From assembly GCA_002633005.1 (NCBI GenBank), contig NMRA01000107.1, positions 663,169-727,168 on the forward strand: DNA of 64,000 bases, in the 5' to 3' direction. The position numbers were made by a program, and so were the translations under genes. This document shows, piece by piece, positions 15,101 to 25,172 of the stretch. How positions within the stretch are numbered: the first letter of the stretch is position 1; each line of letters starts with the position of its first letter. This stretch comes from Phoronis australis (taxonomy: Eukaryota > Animalia > Phoronida). The notes under the pieces are model-generated. The model did no database searches. It was not told where the DNA came from and was given only the letters and a program-made list of their open reading frames with translations.

Positions 15101-17042
15101 CTCAAACTTTATGTGCAGACAGGCAAGAATGAAAGGTATTTACCCTACGAGTAACAGTCGGGTCTTGACGGGCAACAGCCATTAAATGACCAAGGAGTGT
15201 CTTGGTGCGCAGCAGCCTCATGCGGACATTGGTGGCCTTGGTGAAGTCTTGCAGTATTGGGGAATCGGAGAAATTTTTGGCACTGGGTCGGCCAGTGACC
15301 AGAGACACAACGATCTACAAGGGAAAATGAACATTTTCAGACACAACGATCTACAAGGGAAAATGAACATTTTCATACGTCTTAATTACACCAAATAAAC
15401 AGGTTTCCTGACTTTTGACTTTTTATACTTAAAAATGTGTTCTTAAATTTTTTTTGTTAATAAGTGCATAGTTCGCCAGCATTTTGTTCATTTTCAATAA
15501 TGATAAATGTTCCATAAAACTGAATTTGTGACAAAACGTTGACTCTTAGTGGGCTTTTAAGAGGACATTTTCCGAATAACATCCCATTATCTAAACACTT
15601 GACACCAGAAGTTATAACACCAAATAAACGCCCATGGGCATTTCAGCTGTAGTAACTTAGTGCAATAGCTCATTTCTCCTCATACAGAACAAAAAGCAAC
15701 AATTAAGGCTTAACACTGGACAATTAATATATTGTCAGGTAATTTTACCAGTGTTACAATAGAACAAACAATCAGTTAGCGGGGTTGTCATTGATGTAAA
15801 ACAGGTGTTCATAGACAGCACAAGAACAGAGAGTTAACATTAACATTTGTGAGATGAAACTGAAAGAGATACCACAATACTGCAGCAGTGCAATGTGAAA
15901 TATCATTGTTGCTAAGTGGTGAATGACTCTTTCACAAAATACATTTTATTTCTGGCAGTCATTTATTACTTAATACTGTATCAAGATGAATGTTTGTGGC
16001 CTGTCATTACCCACCTCACCACCTTCCAAAGGAACAACCTTGGAATACTCTGTGGTGCAGAGAACATCGTCGTCTCTGACCACCGTGTTGCCAGCGGTAA
16101 CGCCAAAAGAGTTGTAGCAGTCACTAGGGGAGTCGGCGAAGTATTGCCATGGTTTCCAGGTGGCGCCACGATCCACAGACCTCTCCAGTACCCACAGACC
16201 TGGACGGGGTGAGTTGGCCATCTTGATGAATACATAGGCCACATGGAACTCCTGAGGGAACAAGTAGTAAGAGAATGTTAACAGTTTTTACAGGTACGTG
16301 AATGCAATTAGCATCACGGAACAACAATGCAACAGTATCACTAGAAACCATAATATTAATATCTCATAGGCAGAGCCAAGCCTTCCTCGAATAGGCGTCC
16401 AAAATAAAACACTGTTAAGCATTTGGATGCCAAATAAATAAACTAAGCAAGTAAGCATGGCTATCAGTTTTAACATGCTAAGGGCAGTTCCATCACCCTA
16501 TTGCCTTGGTAGTTCATACATAATGTTAAGATACAACTAACTTTATTGAAGACCCATGTCTCCACCAAAATATCACTGTCACACTTACAGCAACACTAGA
16601 CTTGTTGCATAAAACCCAGCCACGTGTCATTGGTGCCCGAAAGTAACTCTTTTTGAAATGTTTTACGAGGCAGAGCTATTAGTAAGTATTACTACGGATA
16701 TTGTTGCCGATTTTTTCATGATAAAAAGTGAATGACTCACAATTTAAATAGCTCCCAATAAGACATGTGTTTAGTTATATTCATGACTACCACAAACAGT
16801 ACATTGTCAATATTCAGCAGACGACTTCACCAACACCATACCAACATCGACCTGTTACTGTTTTGGAAGACCCAAGTGTCAGCGCAAGTTAATTTCCCAA
16901 TTATTAGGTGGATTTGATGGCAGAGCGATGGCGCTTCCACACAACATGAAAGGCTGAGTTCAGTGTCAGTGTTGTGGTATTAATACTTCTCAAACATATT
17001 CATAATCCTGCTGCACTTCGTTTCATTTATTATCCAAACGTG

Positions 17043-17077
<35 letters not shown>

Positions 17078-17089
17078 GTTTGTGTGTTT

Positions 17090-17121
<32 letters not shown>

Positions 17122-20100
17122 GACAGAACACTACTGCAATAACTCCAATGACCCCAAACATCCAAACGATAATTTCCATACCCATAAACTACAGACACTA
17201 ACTTCGAAGACTCACATCGACAATCTTCCAGCACCAAGAGAAAAGTTGGTATGGAAGATAAATGTAAATGCCGGGGTTAGCACAAAATGNTAATTCCAAT
17301 GACCCCAAACATCGAAACGATAATTTCCATACCCATAAACTACAGACACTAACTTCGAAGACTCACATCGACACTCTTCCAGCACCAAGAGAAAAGTTGG
17401 TATGGAAGATAAATGTAAATGCCGGGGTTAGCACAAAATGCCTAAGCTCTACTAAATTTAGGACCTTATCAAAAAGGATCTGCATTAAGCTCAATATTTA
17501 CCAAATTTTTTAAGTTACCGCTATAAAAGTATATCATTTACTGAATGTAAAATATGTAAAGTTTGTTTTTTAACTTTTTAAGTCTATACATCATTAATTC
17601 GGTCACATGACCATGTCTTTTTAGTAAAATTTAGCAAAAAGACATTTGTGGCAAAACTTTGGCTTAAATAACATGACCAAATTTCATTTGATGTTAATAT
17701 TCAAGATGAAATATCAAGAATACTGTTGCAGATTTCTAAAATATTGTTTTGTTTCCAATTTTTCCACAAGAATCATAAAAAGCCCCTCGTGCAAAATTGG
17801 AACATTTCAGTAACAGTGAGGACAGTACATACTTTAGTGAAAATTTCACATATGAGCCCAATCATGTAGCCATTTCTGGTATATGACACACCTTAAGCTA
17901 TATTTGCACATATTTCTAGGCTGTCCAAACAACTCTCCATTCCAAAACTCTATAGTTAAACTAAATGACAATGCTTTTTTCAATGTAACCACATATTCTA
18001 GCAATTTTGTTGTTGAGATTTAACCTACTGGTATTTGACAATGGCACGACCAAGAAGTTTGTAACACATTGCCAAGCAGGTAAAACGAGGGCAAATCTTA
18101 GTCAATCTTAAATGGGAAACAAACTCTTAGGAATCTTCAAACCAAGTATTTCCTGCACTCAGTAGGAATGAACAATGAAAAGGAAATGGCAACATTAAAT
18201 AGGAAAGACCACTTCAACATTCAGTTGAAAAGAGATAACAATTCAGGGTTTGTCTGCTTTGGGTTTTCTGCTCAACACCCATGAATGCAGCCATTCAGAA
18301 CATGATACTGCAGTAAATGAAACCAGATGTAGAACCAAAAATGTGTGCCCTAACACAGTCTAGTGTTTATATTGTATGGGTCACCATATGAAAGTACTGG
18401 CATGTGTTTGGATAACCCTGTTACAGGAAGAGGGAGATTGTAGTTGAACAATGGGCCAGGTCAATGTGGATAAACATGAGGAGAGACTACACTGTATGAC
18501 TACTATAGGTCTGCATGAATAGAGGCTTGCAGCAATAGGCATCAATGTATGGGGACAAGTTATCTAGTTGAATGACTTAGGTAATACAGCCTAACAATCT
18601 TTACACAAAAAGGCCAGGGGGTTCAGCTAACAGCATGCTTTTAGAGTATTTCAAGAATATGAAAATTGAAAAGCCAGCTTTTGAAACTGATCATGATGTC
18701 AAGTAGTTCTTGAAACTAATTCTCTACATAGTGACTTGAAAATTCATCATAAAAAATATGACAAAAATAAGAAAATTATAATGAAAAATAAAGCGCATCA
18801 TTTCAAAATTAGTCAACAAATTTCACTGCCAGACTGAACAGAGGCCTAGATAAAATGTTTTTAAAACTAACGTATAGTTGAGGGATTTCAGGCAAATACT
18901 ATCAGGTGTAGGGAAAATTTTATCTGCAAAAGTGAGATCTATTGATGTGATATAGCATTACTGATTGCTTCTGTTGAAGCATATTGTTAAATCAATCTTC
19001 AATTACCAAGCACTTGCTTGGCACTTAAGTGGCCGAATATTTGGCAAAAATGGATATTCAGCTGTTTTGTTGTATCTACCCACACATTACTTACTAACTT
19101 GGCAGTTTACAGTCAAAATCTTAAAAAAATATTTAGGCAATAGTTTTCTAAACCAACTGATTTAAAGACTAAGTATTTTTGTTTCTTATATGACATAATC
19201 AATGTCTTCAAATTAGCAGAGCTCAAACTCTTTCAGCATTTCCCTGGAGCATGGAAAATAAGTTACCATGTATTCCATTCTGCTACCAAAATACCCATGC
19301 TAAATCCCTGTGCAAAATTGCTAACACATCTGGAACACATTCCAACAGCCAACATTGGCAGTGAGATGACCTCTCCAATGACCTAGGTCAACTCTTGAAA
19401 TTCCAGCACTTACATAGGAAATACTTGAGATTTGTAATGCCAGGTCATACTGGCAGTTGGTAGAATGGTGTGGGAATTAGGCTGAGGACACTTGGTGTGG
19501 GAATTAGACACCCAGACACATCATCCTCCCCACAAACAATGCCTGCAGTAAAGGACACCCAGACACATCATCCTCCCCACAAACAATGCCTGCAGTAAAG
19601 GACACCCAGACACATCATCCTCCCCACAAACAATGGCTGCAGTAAAGGACACCCAGACACAATTCATCAACAATGCCCTGAGGCAATATTCAGATCCACT
19701 CAGATAACTATTGCAAAGGTGCTGCACAAATGCAGGCATATTAAAAATTGTGTGTGTTCAGATAAACATTGAAGAAAATAGAGCGCTTACACTATGGTGA
19801 TGTGGTGAATTGAGAATAACATATGAAAAATATGGTAAAACCTCACCAATTTAAATTATTTGCAAAATTACCATTTTCTCATCTTTTGAAATTCACTAAC
19901 ACTGTTGTGAATATCCACAACTTTTCAAGACATAGTCCAGTGGTAGCTATGGTTACACAGTTTGAACATGGAGCAGTATTCATTTGGTGCTACAAACCTT
20001 TTATGGAAAAAGAGCAACTTATTTTACTGTTTCCTAAATTCATGAGATTATGCTTCAGCATGATGCGTACTGTTCATGACAAGACACCTGCTGATTATTC

Positions 20101-21733
20101 CAATCACACTGAAGTCAACTTTTCACACCTCATGGAAGTATCTGCTAAGACCGAACAGCCTTTGAGACGGATTTCACGTACGTTGAAATTCAGGATATGT
20201 TATCAAGGATACGTGAAATTTCATCTTTGATAGTGAAGAACATCATTTTAGCAATTGTTTTTGTCCAAAACCGGCAAAATTGCACCCTACTTAGACTTAA
20301 ATAATTTGTCGTAGGATATAGAATGAAAATTTGTTTACCATAATTTTTCAATCTTCGATGGTCTTGGAGTTAAAGAGACTAATTTATAGATCTATGTCGA
20401 TTGTGTCCAAATGGTTCAATCTTTACACCCATAACTTTTTTCGGGTAAAAATTTAGCTTTAAAAATATCCAAATTTCCTTTAAAACACATCGGGGCTGAG
20501 TTGCATAAAGCTTCAAAAGATATCTGCTGGATAAGTTTGATTGTTGCATGAGGTCATGTGCATTGTTCAAAAATAACAACGTGCTATACAGCGCATAACT
20601 TTTTTGCAACTGGGCCCAGAATATTTGGGATAAATGCTGTTGATGTGATATTCATTTAAAACATTCTATAAGTGCTTTACTATTATTGAGAATTATATTT
20701 TTAGTAATTAACATTTTAGAAGAATGTTAGTCATAGATCACAAAGAGTTGTAAACATTCTTATCACCAGATATTTGCTGAAGTATGCCTCTTGGGGTTAA
20801 TTTTTTTGAAGAAATTGCTCTATGTCCACTTGTTATGTATGATAATATGATAAACTTTGCAGACACAAAATAATTGTGTAAAAGTATAGCAATAAAAAAA
20901 CATGTGCACACCCAGTCTAAACAATGGGGGCTTGAATTTTTGAGAATGTGGACCTTTTACTAATCAGGGAGCAGTTCAGAGCTATGAAATGTGCATTCCA
21001 CGAATTTTATTAGTTCCTGCCTTTTCAGTGGAGTTTTGTCTCATTTTCTACATTTTTCAGAGTTTTTGTTTCTCTGAGAGTCTGAGGCGGACCTTTTTGC
21101 CCACTTTGACAAACAGAGCCCACCCCCTGGGTGCACGCATGTAACACGTCACCTCATCTTATGATTTATAAGATATAAATCTAATGCTCAAAATAGAAGA
21201 TAAAAACTAATCTATAATTCCGTTTCAGCAACACTGTAATCGTGTAAATGTTAGCAACATGAATTTGACACATCTTGATCAGGAAGCTTTCAGACTACGA
21301 TTGCGCTTACTTGTCCCAGATCCAACGTCAGATTGACTTCGTTGTATTGTTTGCCACGGGAGATGGGGGGGCTTTGCCACCATCTCTCTGTTCCATCGAT
21401 GGCGTACTTAGGCGGATGATATTGCTCGGGCTTAGCGATAGAGTTGTCCTCATTTACACAATAATCACATAACTGCCCCTGGAAAATCAAAGCATCGTCG
21501 CCGTTGCTGCTCAAGTCAGCCGCAAAGATCCGCTGTCCACCCCTATTCGCTCCAGTAAGTTTGCAATAAAGTTCAGGATCGGTGACTCCCACGCCACATG
21601 TTGAAGTCGCAGTAATGGTCCTACCTTCGGCGATGTTAAAGTATGGAGGTGCAAAAAACTGAGCTTCTACCGACCCAAGAGCAACTGACAACAATAATAG
21701 TGACAGAGCAAAGCAGCGGAGGTTACCCGCCAT
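1..21733 (-). CDS. LanA: Laminin subunit alpha (alpha-3/5, LanA type), 5' portion; 25 exons in window, continues beyond left edge
   Basis: Signal peptide [20 protein letters not shown]; LN domain motifs ([71 protein letters not shown]); a long run of laminin EGF-like repeats; then the alpha-3/5-type globular region ([31 protein letters not shown]). All junctions GT-AG with matching phases. Confidence 0.97.
513..645 (-). CDS. LanA: Laminin alpha exon 24
   Basis: ttgcag|[10 protein letters not shown]...[10 protein letters not shown]...GKVYK|gtatga; 133 nt. Confidence 0.9.
808..946 (-). CDS. LanA: Laminin alpha exon 23
   Basis: ttttag|..[18 protein letters not shown]...LDKVQ|gtaagg; 139 nt. 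Confidence 0.9.
1132..1338. repeat. Intronic minisatellite, about 38-44 bp unit, about 5 copies
   Basis: Repeated ccattttaagacacctatgaaaacaacacacataactact. Confidence 0.9.
1354..1436 (-). CDS. LanA: Laminin alpha exon 22
   Basis: ttctag|[27 protein letters not shown]|gtaaga; 83 nt. Confidence 0.9.
1799..1913 (-). CDS. LanA: Laminin alpha exon 21
   Basis: tttcag|..[10 protein letters not shown]...TNVQI|gtaagt; 115 nt. Confidence 0.9.
2936..3038. repeat. Near-perfect inverted repeat (46 bp arms, 11 nt loop)
   Basis: tcacaaacattttaagtctggtctgcatgccacctgttggccacat versus atgtggccaacaggtggcgtgcagaccagatttaaaatatttgtga; 3 mismatches. Confidence 0.9.
3705..3862 (-). CDS. LanA: Laminin alpha exon 20
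   Basis: tcttag|[22 protein letters not shown]...QECQY|gtaggt; 158 nt. Confidence 0.9.
4163..4328 (-). CDS. LanA: Laminin alpha exon 19
   Basis: ttctag|..[18 protein letters not shown]...TIDGTQ|gtatga; 166 nt, phases fit neighbours. Confidence 0.88.
4681..4775 (-). CDS. LanA: Laminin alpha exon 18
   Basis: ttctag|[24 protein letters not shown]..|gtaagt; 95 nt. Confidence 0.92.
5577..5846 (-). CDS. LanA: Laminin alpha exon 17
   Basis: tttcag|[23 protein letters not shown]...EKVFV|gtatgt; 270 nt. Confidence 0.93.
6228..6384 (-). CDS. LanA: Laminin alpha exon 16
   Basis: ttgcag|..[20 protein letters not shown]...VFSRIQ|gtgcac; 157 nt. Confidence 0.92.
6853..6952 (-). CDS. LanA: Laminin alpha exon 15 (LE)
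   Basis: ttgtag|..[32 protein letters not shown]|gtaggg; 100 nt. Confidence 0.92.
7294..7452 (-). CDS. LanA: Laminin alpha exon 14 (LE)
   Basis: ttttag|..[15 protein letters not shown]...NVFGCQ|gtgagt; 159 nt. Confidence 0.93.
7786..7962 (-). CDS. LanA: Laminin alpha exon 13 (LE)
   Basis: acccag|..[14 protein letters not shown]...NNPLGCD|gtgaga; 177 nt. Confidence 0.93.
8385..8522 (-). CDS. LanA: Laminin alpha exon 12 (LE)
   Basis: ttatag|..[20 protein letters not shown]...YNYPVCE|gtttgg; 138 nt. Confidence 0.92.
8886..9020 (-). CDS. LanA: Laminin alpha exon 11 (LE)
   Basis: caatag|..[21 protein letters not shown]...YRYPDCL|gtaagt; 135 nt. Confidence 0.92.
9637..9774 (-). CDS. LanA: Laminin alpha exon 10 (LE)
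   Basis: attcag|..[22 protein letters not shown]...YNYPSCI|gtaagt; 138 nt. Confidence 0.93.
11247..11384 (-). CDS. LanA: Laminin alpha exon 9 (LE)
   Basis: tttcag|..[20 protein letters not shown]...YSYPNCD|gtaagt; 138 nt. Confidence 0.92.
11366..11457. repeat. Perfect 46 bp tandem duplication spanning laminin exon 9 acceptor
   Basis: acactgtcgcaggcgcaagctgaaataatatgaatcttaatacaag x2. Confidence 0.95.
11730..11905 (-). CDS. LanA: Laminin alpha exon 8 (LE)
   Basis: ttttag|..[16 protein letters not shown]...YNFPECT|gtaagt; 176 nt. Confidence 0.93.
12572..12668 (-). CDS. LanA: Laminin alpha exon 7 (LE)
   Basis: tttcag|..[31 protein letters not shown]|gtgagt; 97 nt. Confidence 0.92.
12651..12880. 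repeat. Degenerate 43-54 bp tandem array seeded from laminin exon 7 acceptor
   Basis: Five units beginning tgatat(c/g)a at 12651, 12701, 12744, 12798, 12852. Confidence 0.8.
13540..13630 (-). CDS. LanA: Laminin alpha exon 6 (LE)
   Basis: tttcag|[30 protein letters not shown]|gtcagt; 91 nt. Confidence 0.92.
13962..14080 (-). CDS. LanA: Laminin alpha exon 5 (LE)
   Basis: tttcag|..[10 protein letters not shown]...GGGVCQNCQ|gtaata; 119 nt. Confidence 0.93.
14185..14530. repeat. Degenerate tandem array seeded from laminin exon 4 donor
   Basis: Recurrent aactc(a/c)cgttcacatg..tgatgctggtca matching the exon end at about 14495-14528. Confidence 0.8.
14503..14716 (-). CDS. LanA: Laminin alpha exon 4 (LN end, first LE repeat)
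   Basis: cttcag|[14 protein letters not shown]...NACE|gtgagt; 214 nt. Confidence 0.95.
15144..15314 (-). CDS. LanA: Laminin alpha exon 3 (LN)
   Basis: ttgtag|[12 protein letters not shown]...DPTVTRR|gtaaat; 171 nt. Confidence 0.93.
15303..15374. repeat. Perfect 36 bp tandem duplication spanning laminin exon 3 acceptor
   Basis: agacacaacgatctacaagggaaaatgaacattttc x2. Confidence 0.95.
16015..16251 (-). CDS. LanA: Laminin alpha exon 2 (LN)
   Basis: cctcag|[10 protein letters not shown]...VVPLEGGE|gtgggt; 237 nt. Confidence 0.95.
17040..17122. repeat. (TG)n microsatellite
   Basis: Direct observation. Confidence 0.98.
17140..17440. repeat. 150 bp direct duplication joined by a single N (probable assembly artefact)
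   Basis: 17140-17289 versus 17291-17440, N at 17290, a few SNP-like differences. Confidence 0.85.
19507..19661. repeat. 47 bp minisatellite, about 3.3 copies
   Basis: gacacccagacacatcatcctccccacaaacaatgcctgcagtaaag repeated. Confidence 0.95.
21311..21733 (-). CDS. LanA: Laminin alpha exon 1 (signal peptide, LN start)
   Basis: ATG at 21733; ends LTLDLGQ|gtaagc; 423 nt. Confidence 0.95.
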
Positions 21734-22403
21734 TTTGACTCTTCTCTCCTAAAATCTGTGCATCGGAAGTGCTCGAGACAAGAAAGCCGTTTATCAATGA
21801 GTGGAAGAGTCCACTTGTTGCAGACACGTTTGACGGGGGAAGCAAGGTTGAGGTCCGTAAACGTCGTACAGCCGAACTCTGCTCGCTCCAACCAGGTTTG
21901 TCTTGTGTGCTCGTGATTCGAGCGTAGACCAAGAATCTCGTGAAGGAAGTTCGTGAGATAACTTGCTTCACTTGTAATACACGGAGATATCTCGGTCAGC
22001 AGAAAGTTCTCTCCTTCGAAAAGTGTCTCTGATTTTAAATAGATTCCGTAGGCAACGAGGGCATTCTTGAGATGATCGCATAAAAGGCTGTACTCGGAGC
22101 ATATCGACTCTAAAGCGGGAATCAGATCGTTATAGTACTTTTGTAGTAAACTGACTTTTGATTTGTTTTGAAACTGACACAAATTTTTAATGGAATTTTT
22201 AGTCATAAAAGGCACGAAAGGATTATTGATTGTTAAAGCTCAGTGAGTCCCGACCCCGCGTACGTCACGGAACTAGTTTGACAACTGGCTTGTAAAAAAT
22301 CAGGATACCCACCCAACTAGAATGGACTAGACAAATGGACCATAGTAGTGGAGGGCTTCCTTGAGAAAGTTACCGTTTCGTTAGGATTTCTTCAGGAAAA
22401 CTG

Positions 22404-22601
22404 CAGTGGCAGATCTACGTTTTCAGTAAGGGTGGGGGAAGGTAGTAGGTTCGAGTGAATCCGAGACTTCGTAGCGCCGAGCGGAGTGGTAGTTTAATAG
22501 CTGATTTCATTTTTCTGGCGAAATTTTTTTCAATTTTTACTTTTGATTCTGTCCCGAGGGGGGCTTTGAACCCCCTGAAACTCCCTGTACATCCGTCTCT
22601 G
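22404..22601. mobile_element. MITE with CA..TG termini and 5 bp TSD
   Basis: TIR cagtggcagatcta / tacatccgtctctg; AACTG on both flanks. Confidence 0.75.
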
Positions 22602-23230
22602 AACTGGCTTTTGCAGGGCCTGCCGTAATCGCCGGGTTCAAATCAGCTATCTTTCTAACCCAGAAATTCAAAACAATGCAAAAAGACCCCATTTGGTCAG
22701 AAATAAGTACAGCTTTTACAACCTACGCTTCGTCCTGTTTGAGCTGAAATCCTGCCACGGTACGGAATGCTATGAAACCGAATTCATAAGATTAATCCCT
22801 AATTTGATTTTCGTTTTTGCCAGGGCGAAGCTTTAAAAGTTTAGATTCTGTCACCTGTTCTGTAGATGAACGTCAAAAGGAACCTTTTCAGTGAAGAGGT
22901 TTTGCGTCGGCCTTTGTAAGTTTTTCCGGAGTGCCATAGGGAACTTAACAGAGAACGAAAATAAGTTTTCAATACTTTATTGTCCGACAAGAAATTCAGA
23001 AACATCATTTCTAAGATCTTTTGGTCTATGTTCACCAACCTCTAGCCTATTTACATTGACGCCACGTTTCGGTCGGCCATTTCTCCGGCGGGCTTCAGGT
23101 GTTACAACGTTCTTGGAAAAACGAGCACGGGTGCATGGTACACTCATGGTGGTCAATGATACGCAAAGTAAACTTATTATCAACCCTTGTCCAAACTAAG
23201 TTTACTGTTCCGTAGTTTCAAATAAGTGCT

Positions 23231-23437
23231 TCAAAGTCTCTTTATCTTTAGATTGCGCACACTACGAACATGAAATATTTTAAAGAATAATTTGTTGTCA
23301 AACTTCTCGTCAAGAACCTGCCAATGGAACCATCTAAGTCTTGGGTCTCTTTCTGTACTGTGTGGAAGGAAGTAAACATTTTCCCAAGAAAAATTATCTG
23401 TGTTTTTATTACATTCTTTGGACCAGCTTGACTCCAC
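23231..23437 (-). mobile_element. Degenerate L1/Tx1-like LINE ORF2 fragment (region next to the zf-RVT zinc finger)
   Basis: WENVYFLPHSTERDPRLRWFHWQVL..NKLFFKI resembles the W..IY.LP...T.D.KLRWFQ..IL...TN..L.KI pattern recalled for L1/Tx1 ORF2; no database search run. Confidence 0.6.
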
Positions 23438-23507
23438 GTTTGAAACTTCGGAACAATGATTTAATTGATCACATATATGTCGACATTATTTCCCAACACT
23501 TCTAACC

Positions 23508-23578
23508 CATGGGCGGCGCACCACTGTAAAAAGTGGGGGGGTCTATAACCCCCAGCTTCCTATGGTGCGCCACTCATG
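23508..23578. mobile_element. Short MITE (CATGGGCGGCGCACC family)
   Basis: TIR catgggcggcgcacca / tggtgcgccactcatg; relatives at about 27200-27300 and 37310-37472. Confidence 0.7.
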
Positions 23579-24599
23579 TAAGTTCATTAAAAAATGTTCA
23601 CACCACAGGACAATATACATCATAATTGACAACTTTAACAGTGCCACACTTCTGTTGGTCACGTAACTATTACATTCTACAAAGTTAGTTTCGATGCCTA
23701 AAACAACTCTGATGAATTTCTAAATCAAAATATTGTCCTTTGGAGAAGCATGGTATGCGAAACCTCGTCAAGAATATTTTTAAACATTTCCTGACGAAAC
23801 TTCCATGTCGCAACGTCTTCTAACAGACGAATTCACTTTCCTCTTGAGGGAACTTCCAGAAAAAATAACGGACAAAATGAAATACGCGCTAACGAAAACT
23901 CTGTAGTCACTAGAAATACTAATCTCCTCCCCCCACTTATGATAAATGCCGGCAAGTGCATAGTTACTCGACAAACAGCTGACTGACAAGATGGATATTA
24001 ACGCAGATTATCATGGGTGATTGCACTCTGAATCTAAGGCGGACAGCACATTGTGAAAAGCACGATAGCTTTGTAACTTAATGAGTGAACATTGCTGACT
24101 TACATCGGACATGTTCAAGTTACGTGCTTGAAGTCATCATTATGTTTTGGTAACATTTTTCATATCGGTGTCTACGTCTATGTCTTGCCATACAAAAGAG
24201 GAGACGAGCTTTGTCCCGTGGGAGAAAAATCGACAAAGTGACAACCAGTAGACAGATCGTTTTTTGGTACTTGAAACTAAAAGAAAAATGCTAGACATGA
24301 ACAGAAATCAAAAATCTTTACCAACAAACCGTAAAAACACTAGGCGAGCTGGTTAAATTTTGTCTCAGTGGCAAAGAACCATTTTGGATACTGATAATTT
24401 AGTCTGTTTTTCGCGTACCAGACTTCCTTAAGTAAAACCAAGCTTCCGTGGAACTACTAATTCCTGTAAAAAATACTTTCCCTGGCGTCCAACAATGGCT
24501 GGATAAGAAAAACAATAATTCTTGATTTTAGGTGAGCTCTGAATGAGATTCAACATTAAAAAAATTCCAAAAGTGATCAAGGATCAACACCTGACTTGC

Positions 24600-25172
24600 C
24601 GACAGCGCGGTCGATGGCCGACGCCGGCCGAGAAGCGCGCCAGGACAAGCTCTCGAGGAAGGACGGGAGGCGGGTCGCGCCAAGCTGCCGGAGGCAGCGA
24701 AGCCAAGACCGGTAAGCCACGAAGGTGAGACGGCCCAACGTGCGAGATGCAGCGTGACGGAGGCTCGTAAGCCATGTAGGCGGGACGGGCCAAACTGCCT
24801 GAATCAGTGCCGCCGAGTCCGTAAACCACGTAGGCAGGAGGGGCCAAGCTGTCGGAGGCAGCACAGCCAAGACCCGTAAACACCGAAGGCGGGACGGGCC
24901 AAGGTGCCTGAGGCAGTACCGCCGAGTCCCATAAATGACGCAAGCGGGAAGGCCGCTGCCGTACTCAGGCAGCGCGGCTGAGGCCCGTAAGCCACGTAGG
25001 CGGGACAGGCCAAGCTGCCTGACTCAAAGGGCAGTACCGCCGAGTCCCGTAAATCAGTACAGAGCCGAGTAGGCGGGACAGGCCAAGCTGCCTGACTCAA
25101 AGGCAGTACCGCCGAGTCCCGTAAATCAGTACAGAGCCGAGTAGGCGGGACGGGCCAAGCTGCCGGAGGTGC
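24600..25172. repeat. GC-rich tandem array, about 55 bp unit (two expanded to about 72 bp), about 9 units
   Basis: Units anchored by ccaagctgcc...ggcag...cccgtaa...aggcgggacggg. Confidence 0.9.

Noticed and set aside
16980-17293. HT/VC-repeat ORFs
   Set aside because: Translation of the (TG)n microsatellite
17140-17440. 150 bp tandem duplication as a biological repeat
   Set aside because: Copies are joined by a single N and differ only by SNP-like changes, typical of overlapping contig ends or two haplotypes
19823-20230. 135 aa plus-strand ORF in laminin intron 1
   Set aside because: No recognisable motif, AT-rich intronic composition and no supporting splice structure
22977-23183. Apparent signal peptide plus dibasic sites (neuropeptide-like)
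   Set aside because: The hydrophobic part depends on a TTG start, it sits next to a LINE relic, and there are no repeated amidated peptides
24543-25100. Overlapping ORFs in the GC array, with a faint LRR-like VPPSVFTGL
   Set aside because: Open frames are expected in GC-rich repeats; unit length shifts frame and the LRR Asn/Leu pattern is absent
24600-25172. CRISPR-like array
   Set aside because: Eukaryotic context, diverged units, no unique spacers of constant length and no cas genes
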